The translations under genes were made by a program, and so were the position numbers. From Candidatus Poribacteria bacterium (lineage in GTDB: Bacteria; Poribacteria; WGA-4E; PCPOR2b): DNA of 64,000 nucleotides. Below, piece after piece: positions 63,525-64,000 of this stretch. The notes under the pieces are model-generated. The model had not been told where the DNA came from, ran no database searches, and saw only the letters and a program-made list of their open reading frames with translations. The stretch covers positions 320,001 through 384,000 of the forward strand of contig OZ240245.1 of NCBI GenBank assembly GCA_965198175.1. The letters run 5' to 3'. Each line of letters opens with the position of its first letter. The first letter of the stretch is position 1.

Positions 63525-64000
63525 TTAGGGGATCTCATTTCCAAAAATTAATGTGCATTGGTCAGCCATTGAGCCACCGTTGCCGTTGGACAGACCGAAC
63601 TTTGCCCCGTCGACCTGAAGCTCGCCGGCTCTGCCCATCAACTGTCTCGCTGCTTCAATAGAGTGCATCAGATGGATTCCGGGGTTCGGTTGACCCCTGC
63701 CGAGTTGCCCGCCATCCGTGTTGAGCGGAAACTGCCCTTTGTAGGTTAAGTCACTCTTTTCGACAAATTCTGCACCCATTCCTTTTTCGCAGGCGCCGAT
63801 ATCTTCGAGCGCGATGACAACTGTGATAGTGTAGCAATCGTACAACTCGACAAAGTCCATATCCTGTATCCCTAGCCCTGCCATTTCAAATGCGCGTTCG
63901 GCAGCCAGCTTTATCGGGGAGGTTGTGAGAGTGCGTTCATAGCCATACGCGGGGTTCCACAATCCTCTGTCGAATTGCTGTCCCCCACCTAACAGATAAA
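63525..64000 (-). CDS. Thiolase-family (SCP-x/Ltp2-like) protein, C-terminal part
   Basis: ELYDCYT, LED.G.CEKG, NTDGG.L; frame open to window end. Confidence 0.88.
   Translation of the reverse strand, partial: YLLGGGQQFDRGLWNPAYGYERTLTTSPIKLAAERAFEMAGLGIQDMDFVELYDCYTITVVIALEDIGACEKGMGAEFVEKSDLTYKGQFPLNTDGGQLGRGQPNPGIHLMHSIEAARQLMGRAGELQVDGAKFGLSNGNGGSMADQCTLIFGNEIP

Noticed and set aside
63347..63544. 65-aa ORF between thiolase and DUF35 genes
   Set aside because: Overlaps the thiolase end, no recognisable motif.

Overview
Core chromosomal region of a diderm bacterium containing the replication origin: rpmH <> dnaA-[oriC]-dnaN-recF-dciA-gyrB-gyrA, with DnaA-box clusters on both sides of dnaA and a DnaA-trio/AT-rich unwinding element. 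The gene content resembles Candidatus Poribacteria (inference only): TolB/PD40 paralog array, expanded PhyH dioxygenases, EutN/CcmL pair, ASPIC/UnbV and TPR proteins. No rRNA, tRNA, CRISPR, prophage or intact transposase was recognised. Most notable: (1) a 2162-aa SprA/Sov-type translocon with Gly/Phe/Tyr-rich inserts, in the same window as secreted proteins sharing a short C-terminal 'SVxPxxxxxLxWGWLK' tag, a candidate non-canonical type IX-like sorting system; (2) a Cyc2-like cytochrome-porin fusion with two CxxCH motifs; (3) a repeated PhyH + small unknown partner cassette; (4) an ECF sigma-LRR fusion with an internal in-frame start; (5) several small repeat families (palindromic elements, MITE-like elements, heptamer runs), some translated in frame in signal-peptide N-regions; (6) a premature stop in an SDR gene. 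All calls come from reading motifs; no database searches were run.
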